In this document: piece after piece, positions 49,983 through 60,840 of the stretch
Layout: the number at the start of each line of letters is the position of its first letter
Numbering within the stretch: position 1 is the stretch's first letter
Origin: Blepharisma stoltei ATCC 30299
Lineage: Eukaryota; Protista; Ciliophora
Reading direction: 5' to 3'
Length of the DNA stretch: 64,000 nucleotides
NCBI GenBank assembly: GCA_965603825.1
Contig: CBFDEM010000034.1
Span: forward strand, 310,001-374,000
The notes under the pieces: model-generated
The model's database searches: none
What the model was told of the DNA's origin: nothing
What the model saw: the letters and a program-made list of their open reading frames with translations, nothing else
Made by a program: the position numbers and the translations under genes

Positions 49983-52532
49983 ATGTCTTTACAATGTGAG
50001 CAAAAACAATGCAAAGTTATTCCAAGTTTTATATGTGCATGTTCATTGAAAGGGCATTTATTTTGTAAGGTGCATATTATTGAGCATATAGAAAGCATAC
50101 CAGGCCTTCTACATAAAGGGGTGTCATTAATCTTTGATAATTCTGCTCAAAATATTTACAAATTTGAGGACATCCGACCTAGAAAAGGCAGCATTTATAT
50201 AAAGACAGATGATAATATCGATCGATCTTTAAATTCTGCCATGAGCTATGCTGGAATAATTATTCAATCTCTGAATGTTTACAATCGAAAATTCCCTTTA
50301 GGCGATTCAGCAACTCTAGAGTCACAGAATTTATTGCTAAGTACTCAATTCCTATCCCCATCTCCCATAACTACTTTCCAAGACCTTTTCTATAAAATTT
50401 CTATAGTTCTCGCTACTCATATTCTTCGAATAGGAGATATTTCTTCCCTCAAAGCAAGCTATATCAATAAAATCAATTTTATAAACCAGAAAGAAATTTT
50501 AAAATGCTTTAAAGTCTTAGCAACTGAAGAATTGCAAGACAAACTACTTAACATTACTTTACAGTCAAGAGAGCATAAAAGCCTAAAACATGCTTCCAGT
50601 AACGCAATAACAATCTTGAATTATTCCAAATATAAATTCATCGATAAAGATTTGCATGGCATCAAAATTAAAGGCGCAGATCTCTCAGAAGCACTCATAA
50701 TAAATTCTAATTTTCAGGGAAGCAATCTTAAAAGGGTGGATTTTTCTTTCGCAAATATTTATGATACAAATTTCAAGGACTGTGATTTAACAGATGTATG
50801 TTTCGGGTTGCATCATCCATTTAAAATAAGTGACTCGAATATCACTTTTGCCTGAAATAAGGACTACTTGGCTTATATTGATAATAATGTTGCACTTTTG
50901 CAAGATATTAAGACTGGGTGTGTTTTTAAAGAATTCAAACATAAAGAAGTGATAATAGTAATCGCTTTATCAGTGGACGGATCGCTGCTTGCAACTGCTG
51001 ATAACTGTAATATACTTCACATATGGGACATTATGAATGACAATAAATTAACAGAGCTACAAGGACCAAAACATGGTGTGAATTCTATTGCATTTTCTCC
51101 GAAAGGAGGTTTTGTCGCTGCTGGAAGTCGTGATGGCTTCTTAAGAATATGAAATATTGCTACAAGTTCAATGATAAGCCCATTCGGCTATTATTCTATT
51201 ATATTTTCAGTTGAATATTCTGCTTGTGGCAAATATATTGTTTTTAGCACTGGTATGCTTTCCGTGCTAGTTTTATATGCTGAAGATATAAAAATAACTA
51301 AATGCAGATTCAATCATCCACGATATGCAACAGTTGCCTCATTTTCTCCATGTACTAGATATGTAATAACTGATTGTGATGATTTAAAAATCAGAATATG
51401 AGATATAGAAACAGGAGACCTTATAAAATCAATTAAAGCGAGATTTTCCTGATTTAATAGCCTTTTTAGCATCGCATTTAAATATTTAGGTGTAGAAACA
51501 CGAACCATACCTCTTTTGAAATCTTTAGCAAAAAATGGGCAAATAGAAATAAATTGGTTCAATGAGGCATTATTCAATAAGCAATATTTATCATTTTCTC
51601 CTGATGGAAATTATGTAGCTACAAAGAAAAGAAAAAATTATATAGAGATTTGAGATGCAAAAGCTTTAGAAAGTCATTCTTTTCCTTATAAAGAAATTAC
51701 CTCTATATCTTTTTCCTATGATGGGAAATATATGGCATATACAGATGATTCAAAATCAATAAAAATCCAAAATATCGAAAAAAATAAAAATATTTTTAGG
51801 CTTAAAGGCCACCAAGCTATAGTTTGGTATGTGATTTTTTCTAAAATATCGTATTTTTTGGTTTCTTTATATGTGGATAACATCGTGATTATCTGAGACG
51901 CTTTAAATCAATATCCTTTAAGCGAGATTGAAATTAAAGACCAAGTGACAGCTCTTGATCTATCTCCTGAAAACAATTTTATTGGGGTTGGGCTATTAAA
52001 TGGAAATATTAAGGTAATAAATACAAACAATCTATCAGATAGTTTTTCTTTAATGCACAAAGGAGGGATTACTTGTATAAAATTTTCACCATGTGAAAAT
52101 TTTATTGCAGTTGCCAGTTACGATAGGAAATTTAATTTGTGGAGAATTAATAAAAAAAACTTTGTGAGTTTTGGTAGAAAACGCATGAAGGGGGTTTCTT
52201 ACATATGTTTTGCTAAATTAAGAAATTATTTGGTTTCAGCTCATATAAATGGCGATATCATTTTTTGAGATATTAATACTCAACAGCAAGTTATGAAATT
52301 AGAAACAAAAGGAGGGATTATAAGATCAATAGCATTATCTCCATGTGAAAATTACTTGGTTGCTGGGTATTTTGATGGCTTTGTAAGAGTGCTGAGTACT
52401 TTGCAAGGAAATATAATCAAATCGCTCCAATATCATCGTAAATCTGTTTGTTCAGTTGAATTTGTAAATAGCAAAAAGCTACTATTTGCTTCTGCGAGTA
52501 TTGATGCTACAATTAACTTTTGGAGAATCTAG
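49983..52532 (+). CDS. Zn-finger/pentapeptide-repeat/WD40 protein, copy C (849 aa)
   Basis: All ORF pieces in one frame joined by TGA; ends TAG. Confidence 0.9.
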
Positions 52533-52614
52533 TAATTAAAACAAGGATAAAATTGAACTTAATCATAACCTTTTAAAATTCAGTTTAATTTTTTTCTACT
52601 TCGTATATAATAAT

Positions 52615-55170
52615 ATGTCTTTACAATGTGAGCAAAAACAATGCAAAGTTATTCCGAGTTTTATATGTGCATGCTCATTGAAAGGGCATTTATTTTGTAA
52701 GGTGCATATTATTGAGCATATAGAAAGCACTCCAGGCCTTCTACATAAAGGGGTGTCCTTATTCTTTGATAATTCTGCTCAAAATATTTGCAAATTTGAA
52801 GACATTCTACCTATAAAATGTAGCATTTATATAAAGACAGATGATAATATCGATCGATCTTTAAATTCTGCCATGAGCTATGCTGGAATTATTATTCAAT
52901 CTCTGAATGTTCACAATCGAAAATTCCCTTTAGGCGATTCAGCAACTCTAGAGTCACAGAATTTATTGCTAAGTACTCAATTCCTATCCCCATCTCCCAT
53001 AACTACTTTCCAAGACCTTTTCTATAAAATTTCTATAGTTCTCGCTACTCATATTCTTCGAATAGGAGATATTTCTTCTCTCAAAGCAAGCTATATCAAT
53101 AAAATCAATTTTATAAACCAGAAAGAAATTTTAAAATGTTTTAAAAGCTTAGCAACTAAAAAATTACAAGCCAAATTGCTTATCATTACTTTACAGTCAA
53201 GAAAGCATAAAAGCCTAAAATATGCTTCCAGTAACGCAATAACAATCTTAAATTATTCCAAATATAAATTCATCGATAAAGACTTGCATGGCATCAAAAT
53301 TAAAGGCGCAGATCTCTCAGAAGCACTCATAATAAATTCAAATTTCCAGGGAAGCAATCTCAAAAGGGTGGATTTTTATTTCGCAAATATTTATGATACA
53401 AATTTCAAGGATTGTGATTTGACAGATGTGCGATTCGGTAAGTATCCTCCTTTTAAAAATAGAATAGCTGACTGGAATGCCACTTTTTCCTGAAATAAGG
53501 ACTACTTGGCTTATATTTATAGTAATGTTGTATTTTTGCAAGATATTAAGAGTGGGTGTGTTTTTAAAGAATTCGAACATAAAGAAATTATAAAATTAGT
53601 CGCTTTATCAGAGGATGGATCACTGCTTGCAATTGCTGACACCTCTTATATACTTCACATATGGGACATTGTGCATGATAAAAAATTAACAGAACTGCCA
53701 GGACTCTTACATTTAGTGACTTCTATTGCATTTTCTCCGAAAGGAGGTTTTGTCGCTGCTGGAAGTCGTGATGGCTACTTAAGAATATGAAATATTGCTA
53801 CAAGCTCAATGATAAGTTGTTTCAACTATAATTCTAATATACTTTCAGTTGAATATTCTGCTTGTGGCAAATATATTGTTCTTGGCGCTCCTATCTATTT
53901 AGTGCCAGTTGTGTATGCTGAAAATATAAAAATAACTAAATGCAGTTTCAATCATCCACGAACTGTAACAGTTGCCTCATTTTCTCCATGCTCAAGATAT
54001 ATAATAACTGATTGCGATGATTTAAATATCAGAATATGAGCAATGGAAACAGGAGAACTTATGAAGTCAATAAAAATGAGTGTTTCCAGACCAAATAACC
54101 TTTTTGACTTATCATTTTCAGATGTAGGTATAGAAATACAAACCATGCCTCTTTTGAAATGCTTAGCAAAAAATTGGCAAATAGAAATAAAATGATTTAA
54201 TGAGACATTATTCAATAAGACATCATTATCATTTTCTCCTGATGGAAATTACGTAGCTATAAAGAAAACACAAAATGATGCAGAGATTTGAGATGCCAAA
54301 GCTTTAGAAAGCCATATCCTCCCTTATAAAGAAATTACTTCTATATCTTTGTCATATGATGGGAAATATATGGCATATACAGATGCTTCAAAATCAATAA
54401 AAATCCAAAATATCGAAAAAAATATAAATATTTTTAAGCTTAAAGGCCACCAAGCTAGGGTTATGCATGTGCTTTTTTCTAAAATATCGTATTTTTTGGT
54501 TTCTTTATGTGTGGATAGCATAGTGATTATCTGAGACACTTTAAATCAATATCCTTTAGGCAAGATTGAAATTAAAGATCAAGTGTCAGCTCTTGATCTA
54601 TCTTTTGAAAACAATTTTATTGGGGTTGGGCTATTAAATGGAAATGTTAAGGTAATAAATACCAAAATCATATCGGATAGTTTTTCTTTAACACACAATG
54701 GAGCGATTACTTGTATCAAATTTTCTCCATGTGAGAAATTTATTGCTGTCGTACGCAATGATGGCAAATTGATTTTGTGGAGAATTAATAAAAACATCTT
54801 CGTAAGTTTTGGTAATAAAAGAATGAAGGAGGTTTCTTGCATATGTTTTGCTCAATTAAGAAATTATTTGGTTTCAGCTCATATAAATGGTGATATCATT
54901 TTTTGAGATATTAATAATCAACAACAAGCTATGAAAGTGGAAACATATGGACGGGTTATAAGATCAATAGCATTATCTCCATGTGAAAATTACTTGGTTG
55001 CTGGGTATTATGATGGCTTTGTAAGAGTGCTGAGTACTTTGCAAGGAAAGATAATCAAATCGCTCCAATATCATCGTAAATCTGTTTGTTCAGTTGAATT
55101 TATAAATAGTGAAAAGCTACTATTTGCATCTGCGAGTATTGATGCTACAATTAACTTTTGGAGAATCTAA
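52615..55170 (+). CDS. Zn-finger/pentapeptide-repeat/WD40 protein, copy D (851 aa)
   Basis: All ORF pieces in one frame joined by TGA; ends TAA. Confidence 0.9.
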
Positions 55171-55337
55171 TATTTAAAATAAAGGATAAAAATAAACTCA
55201 ATCATAACCTTTAAAACTTTTTTCGGCTTCGTATGCCATATTGAAAATAAGATGCTTTTATAAATCGAAAATTATTTGAAATTGTGCAAAAACTAATTAT
55301 CTATTAATCATAATTTTTAAATAAGATATATAATAAT

Positions 55338-57887
55338 ATGCCTTTACAATGTGAGCAAACACAGTGTAAAATTATTCCAAGTTTTATATGTGCATGCTCA
55401 TCGAAAGGAGATTTATTTTGTAAGGTGCATATTATTGAGCATATAGAAAGCATTCCAGACCTTCAACATAAAGGGGTTTCTTTATTCTTTGATAATTCTG
55501 CTAAAAATATTTACAAATTTGAGGATATCCTACCTATAAAAGGCAGCGTTTATTTAAAAATAGATGATAATATCGATCGATCTTTAAATTCTGCCATGAG
55601 CTATGCTGGAATTATTATTCAATCTCTGAATGTTCACAATCGAAAATTCCCTTTAGGCGATTCAGCAGCTCTAGAGTCACAGAATTTATTGCCAAGCACT
55701 CAATTCCCATCTCCTATCCCTACTTTCCAAGACCTTTCCTATAAAATTTCTATAGTTCTCGCTACTCATATTCTTCGAATAGTAGATATTTCTTTCCTCA
55801 AAGCAAGCTATATCAATAAAATCAATTTTATAAACCAGAAAGAAATTTTAAAATGCTTTAAAAGCTTAGCAACTGAAAAATTGCAAGCCAAACTGTTTAG
55901 CATAACTTTACAGTCAAGAGAGCATAAAAGCCTAAAACATGCTTCCAGTAACGCAATAACAATCTTGAATTATTCCAAATATAAATTCATCGATAAAGAC
56001 TTGCATGGCATCAAAATTAAAGGCGCAGATCTCTCAGAAGCACTCATAATAAATTCTAATTTCCAGGGAAGCAATCTCAAAAGGGTGGATTTTACTTTCG
56101 CAAATATTTATGATACAAATTTCAAGGACTGTGATTTAACAGATGTGCGATTCGGTAAGTATCCTCCATTTAAAAATATAATAACTGACTGGAATACCAC
56201 TTTTGCCTGAAATAAGGACTACTTGGCTTATATTGATAATAATTTTGCATTTTTACAAGATATTAAGAGTGGGTGTGTTTTTAAAGAATTCGAACATAAA
56301 GAAATTATAAAATTAGTCGCTTTATCAGAGGATGGATCACTGCTTGCAATTGCTGACACCTCTTATATACTTCACATATGGGACATTGTGCATGATAAAA
56401 AATTAACAGAACTGCCAGGACTCTTACATTTAGTGACTTCTATTGCATTTTCTCCAAAAGGGGGTTTTGTTGCTGCTGGAAGTCATGATTGCTGCTTAAG
56501 AATATGAAATATTGCTACAAGCTCAATGATGAGTTGTTACGACAATTATTATGCTATAGCTTCAGTTGAATATTCTGCTTGTGGCAAATTTATTGTTTTA
56601 GGCAGTTTTAGCATTTTAGTGCCAGTTTTGTATGTTGAAAATATAAATTGATTTAAATGCAAGTTATTTCATCCTCAATCTGCAACAGTTGCCTCATTTT
56701 CTCCATGCTCAAGATATGTAATAACTGATTGTAATGATTTAAATATCAGAATATGAAAAATAGAAACAGAAGAACTTATGAAGTCAATAAAAGTGAGTAT
56801 TTCAAGACCTAATAACCTTTTTAACTTATCATTTTCAAATATAGGTATAAAAATACAAACCATGCCTCTTTTGAAATGCTTAGCAAAAAATTGGCAAATA
56901 GAAATAAAATGGTTCAATGAGACATTATTCAATAAGCAATGATTATCATTTTCGCCTGATGAAAATTGCATAGCTATAAAGAAAACAAAAAATTATACAG
57001 AGATTTGAGATGCCAAAGCTTCAGAAAGCCATCTCCTCCCTTATAAAGAAATTACTTCTATATCTTTGTCCTATGACAGGAAATATATGGCATATACAGA
57101 TGCTTCAAAATCAATAAAAATCCAAAATATCGAAAAAAATATTAATGTTTTTAAGCTTAAAGGCCACCAAGCTATAGTTATGCATGTGATTTTTTCTAAA
57201 ATATCGTATTTTTTGGTTTCTTTATATGTGGATAACATAGTAATTATCTGAGACACTATAAATCAATATCCTTTAAGCGAAATTGAAATTAAAGACCAAG
57301 TATCAGCGCTTGATCTATCTTTTGAAAACAATTTTATTGGGGCTGGGCTATTAAATGGAAATATTAAGGTAATAAATACAAAAAATCTATTAGATAGCTT
57401 TTATTTAAAGCACAAAGGAGCGATTACTTGTATTAAATTTTCTCCATGCGAGAAATTTATTGCATTCGCCAGTAGTGATAGGAAATTGAATTTGTGGAGA
57501 ATTAATAAAAAAAAATTCGTAATTTTTGATAAAAAATGCATAAGGGAGGTTTCTTATATATGTTTTGCTAAATCAAGAAATTATTTAGTTTCAGCTCATA
57601 TAAATGGTGATATCATTTTTTGAAATATTAATAATCAACAACAAGTTATGAAAGTGGAAACAAATGGAGGGATTATAATATCAATGACGTTATCTCCATG
57701 TGAAAATTATTTGGTTGCTGGGTATTATGATGGCTTTGTAAGAGTATTGGGTACTTTGCAAGGAAAGATAATCAAATCGCTCCAATATCATCATAGATCT
57801 GTAAGTTCAGTTGAATTTATAAATATTGAAAAGCTACTAATTGGATCTGCAGGTCTTGATGCTACAATTAACTTTTGGATAATCTAA
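55338..57887 (+). CDS. Zn-finger/pentapeptide-repeat/WD40 protein, copy E (849 aa)
   Basis: Pieces share one frame; the larger gaps between ORF-track pieces translated by hand contain only TGA; ends TAA. Confidence 0.9.
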
Positions 57888-58061
57888 TAATTAAAACAAT
57901 GATAAAATTTAACTCAATTATAACCTTTTAAAACTTTTTTCTGCTTCTTATGCCATTAAAAATAACTTTTTCATTAATTATTTTATTTTTTTCTAATTTA
58001 TTGAAAATTAAGTTTCATTATAAAACAATCATTCTCATTTTTTTATAAAATATCTAATTAA

Positions 58062-59501
58062 TTATAACGCCATTTCCATTTGGATTCTTCCATGCTTGTA
58101 ATACCCAATAAGCTCAATATCTTCACTTGAAAATTGATCAATTTCTTTAACATTTCCATTTAATTTTAACTGAGGGAAAGGATAAGGATTTCTTTTCAGC
58201 TGAGTTTCAAGAGGGTCCACATGTGTTGAATACACATGGGTATCCCCGACCACATGAACAAATTCTCCTCTTTCGAGCCCACAAACTTGTGCAATTAAGC
58301 ATGTTAATAATGAGTAGGAAGCGATATTAAAAGGTATTCCAAGCCCTACATCGCCTGATCTTTGGTATAGCATGCATGATAATTTTCCATTGTTTACATA
58401 AAACTGAGATAATACATGACAAGGAGGCAACGCCATAAGAGGTTGCGCAATTGGATTCCATGCACTTAGAATGATTCTTCTTGAATTTGGGTCAGTTTTG
58501 ATCAAATTTATCACTTCAGCTATCTGATCGAACCCTTGTCCTGAGTAATCAGCATGCATATCTTTATATTCAGCTCCAAAATGCCTCCACTGAAACCCAT
58601 AAACAGGACCTAAATCTCCTTCTTCTCTATCATTGAACCCTAAAGAGTCTAAAAATGGTCTGCTTCCATTGCCATCCCAAATTTTTACACCTTTTTCACT
58701 TAATTCTTTAGCATTGGTCGACCCTTTAATAAACCACAATAATTCTTCTACAACACCCTTCCAAAATACTAGCTTAGTCGTCAACAAAGGGAAACTTTCG
58801 CTCAAGTCGAACCTCATCATTTTCCCAAATAATGAAATTGTCCCAATATGAGTCCTGTCATCTCGTCTATTTCCGTTAGAAATAATTTCTTTAATTAAAT
58901 CTAAGTACTGATATTCTTCATGAGGAGGGTAATTAATGAACTGAGGCTGAGGGGGTAAACTATTATTACAAAGTGTACAAAAATCATAAGTTATGTTAGA
59001 GTAGCATTTGGTTTTGGATATTGATGTTATTGAAAACCCTTCAAATAAAGGCTCTTGAAATAGAGTTTTTGAGGTCGCTGGCAAGAAAACATCACACTTA
59101 AAATCGTTGGAAATGCGGGTAAGATAGATCTGAGAACAATGGGAAACCAAAGGAGGGGATAGACATTCTTGGAAAATCTGAGTCCCGCCAATTATAAAGC
59201 AAAGACCTGTGGAGGCTGAAATAGCTTCTGTAAGGGTTGGATAAATTTCTACACCTTCAGTAGGAGGGAGGGTTTTAGAAACAATGATGTTTTTACGAGA
59301 TGGGAGAGGGCGGTATTTCGATGGGATGGATTCCCAAGTTTTGCGACCCATTATCACAGTGTTGGTTTGAGGACCTGTTAAGGTGAGGCTTTTGAAATGT
59401 TTGAGATCTTCAGGTATTTTCCAAGGAATTGTGCCTTCGTAGCCAATTCCAAGATTTTTGCAAGCAGCAACTACTAAAACAAAATTTCGCGGTTCTTCCA
59501 T
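58062..59501 (-). CDS. DHFR-TS: Bifunctional dihydrofolate reductase-thymidylate synthase
   Basis: DHFR 'GIG…IPWKIPEDLKHF', 'MGRKTWESIP…RPLPSR'; TS 'DRTHIGT', 'LGPVYGFQWRHFG', 'MALPPCH', 'QRSGD…PFNIASY'. Confidence 0.98.
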   Translation of the reverse strand: MEEPRNFVLVVAACKNLGIGYEGTIPWKIPEDLKHFKSLTLTGPQTNTVIMGRKTWESIPSKYRPLPSRKNIIVSKTLPPTEGVEIYPTLTEAISASTGLCFIIGGTQIFQECLSPPLVSHCSQIYLTRISNDFKCDVFLPATSKTLFQEPLFEGFSITSISKTKCYSNITYDFCTLCNNSLPPQPQFINYPPHEEYQYLDLIKEIISNGNRRDDRTHIGTISLFGKMMRFDLSESFPLLTTKLVFWKGVVEELLWFIKGSTNAKELSEKGVKIWDGNGSRPFLDSLGFNDREEGDLGPVYGFQWRHFGAEYKDMHADYSGQGFDQIAEVINLIKTDPNSRRIILSAWNPIAQPLMALPPCHVLSQFYVNNGKLSCMLYQRSGDVGLGIPFNIASYSLLTCLIAQVCGLERGEFVHVVGDTHVYSTHVDPLETQLKRNPYPFPQLKLNGNVKEIDQFSSEDIELIGYYKHGRIQMEMAL

Positions 59502-59758
59502 TTTTTATATCATTCAGTTAATGAGAATTTTGGCATTAAGAATTTTAACTAATATAGGAAATAAAAAAAAATAAAGACTTATAATCGTGTTTTTGAGGAA
59601 AAATTGGATCTCATAAATAGTGAAATGTATAATTTGAAGAATATTTTTGAGTGGAAAATTATAAAATTTTATTATTTTAATTAGTGATGATTATTATTGT
59701 CTAAATTTTAGTTATAATTTAATTGGAAAAATTACTATACATTAATTTGTTGAACAAA

Positions 59759-60226
59759 ATGAACTTCTATTCAGAAAGCAACACAAGCCTAAAAGCCTCA
59801 TCCGTCTCTCATAGTGAGACTTCGACTGAGTGCAGCTCATCCTCTTCAAAACCACCCTCAGGAAAGAAAGCCAAGGCCGCAGAAAAAAATTTCCTTATGA
59901 AATTCAAGACCGAGATATGCAAAAATTGGGAATCAGGGATTTGCGAATTTGGTGACAGGTGCGTTTTTGCTCATGGAGGACATGAATTAAGAGAGAAAAC
60001 AGAGACAGGAAAGATCCCTAAGGCAAAAGAATGCAAACAATATATTGAACATGGGTATTGCCTTAATGGAACCCAATGTATGTATTCACACAAACTTTTA
60101 TCATCTGACACAGCATCATCCTCCCCATCAGGAAGCAATAGCTCAAGCAGGAAAAATTCAGAGGAAAAATGCAAAAGTAAATTACCTATTTTTATAGAAT
60201 TAGAGAGTAGACCATTCTCGAGCTAA
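59759..60226 (+). CDS. Tandem CCCH zinc-finger RNA-binding protein (TIS11/ZFP36-like)
   Basis: 'KFKTEICKNWESGICEFGDRCVFAHG' plus a second C-x8-C-x5-C-x3-H; terminal 'KLPIF'. Confidence 0.88.
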   Translation: MNFYSESNTSLKASSVSHSETSTECSSSSSKPPSGKKAKAAEKNFLMKFKTEICKNWESGICEFGDRCVFAHGGHELREKTETGKIPKAKECKQYIEHGYCLNGTQCMYSHKLLSSDTASSSPSGSNSSSRKNSEEKCKSKLPIFIELESRPFSS

Positions 60227-60840
60227 TAATGATTAATTTAATTTCAAACATTTATCCTAGTGGATCAAAAAACGCATTTTTAAGCGTTGAAAAATGGATA
60301 CGTGTATAGGGATTTTTTATCAGAAAAGTTGGAGAGAAAAGGATTTAAATTTATTTGTGATGGTAGATTGGAAAAATTGGAAATATTTTTCATTTAATAT
60401 AATAATTGTCAGAAATAGGAAAAATGATGATTAAATTGAAAAATTGTCTGGAAATAAAATACTATTAATCTATATTAAACGAAATATATTTCTTCTATAT
60501 AATAATTATAAAAATGCATTTAATTTCATTTGAAGTATATTTAGCGTGCTAAACTGATGATAAAAAAATTAAAATACTTGGAGCTCAAAAATAATTCAAA
60601 TTTACTATAATTTTTGACTCCTTAATTAAAATCTGATAATCTGTTATGAAAGGAACTATAGGGGCGTCTAAATAATAATTCCAAAAATAATAATAAATAA
60701 TCCTTAATAGAAAATTATTTCAATTTATTAATTTAATATTTAAAATTCTTTTCAACTTTATTAATCTGAATACTTTCAAAATATCGCCTTGAACAACTTC
60801 CTTAAATTTAAATTTTCTAAATATTGATTTATTATATAAA

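Larger units (their letters stand above)
44482..57956 (+). repeat. Five-copy tandem duplication (~2.6-2.75 kb unit: gene plus spacer)
   Basis: Near-identical coding and spacer sequences recur at gene starts 44584, 47325, 49983, 52615, 55338; homology begins near ATATATTAAGATG (44482) and ends near TATGCCAT (57956). Confidence 0.95.

Noticed and set aside
1612-57623. Reading the many in-frame TGAs as pseudogene stops, selenocysteine, or a Mycoplasma/mitochondrial code
   Set aside because: They align with Trp rather than Cys; flanking frames are intact; the genes are nuclear eukaryotic with spliceosomal introns.
44482-57956. Array as CRISPR, transposon or pure assembly artefact
   Set aside because: Units are whole protein genes with no transposase, terminal repeats or short repeat-spacer pattern, and five distinct sequences exceed two alleles. 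Local misassembly cannot be fully excluded.
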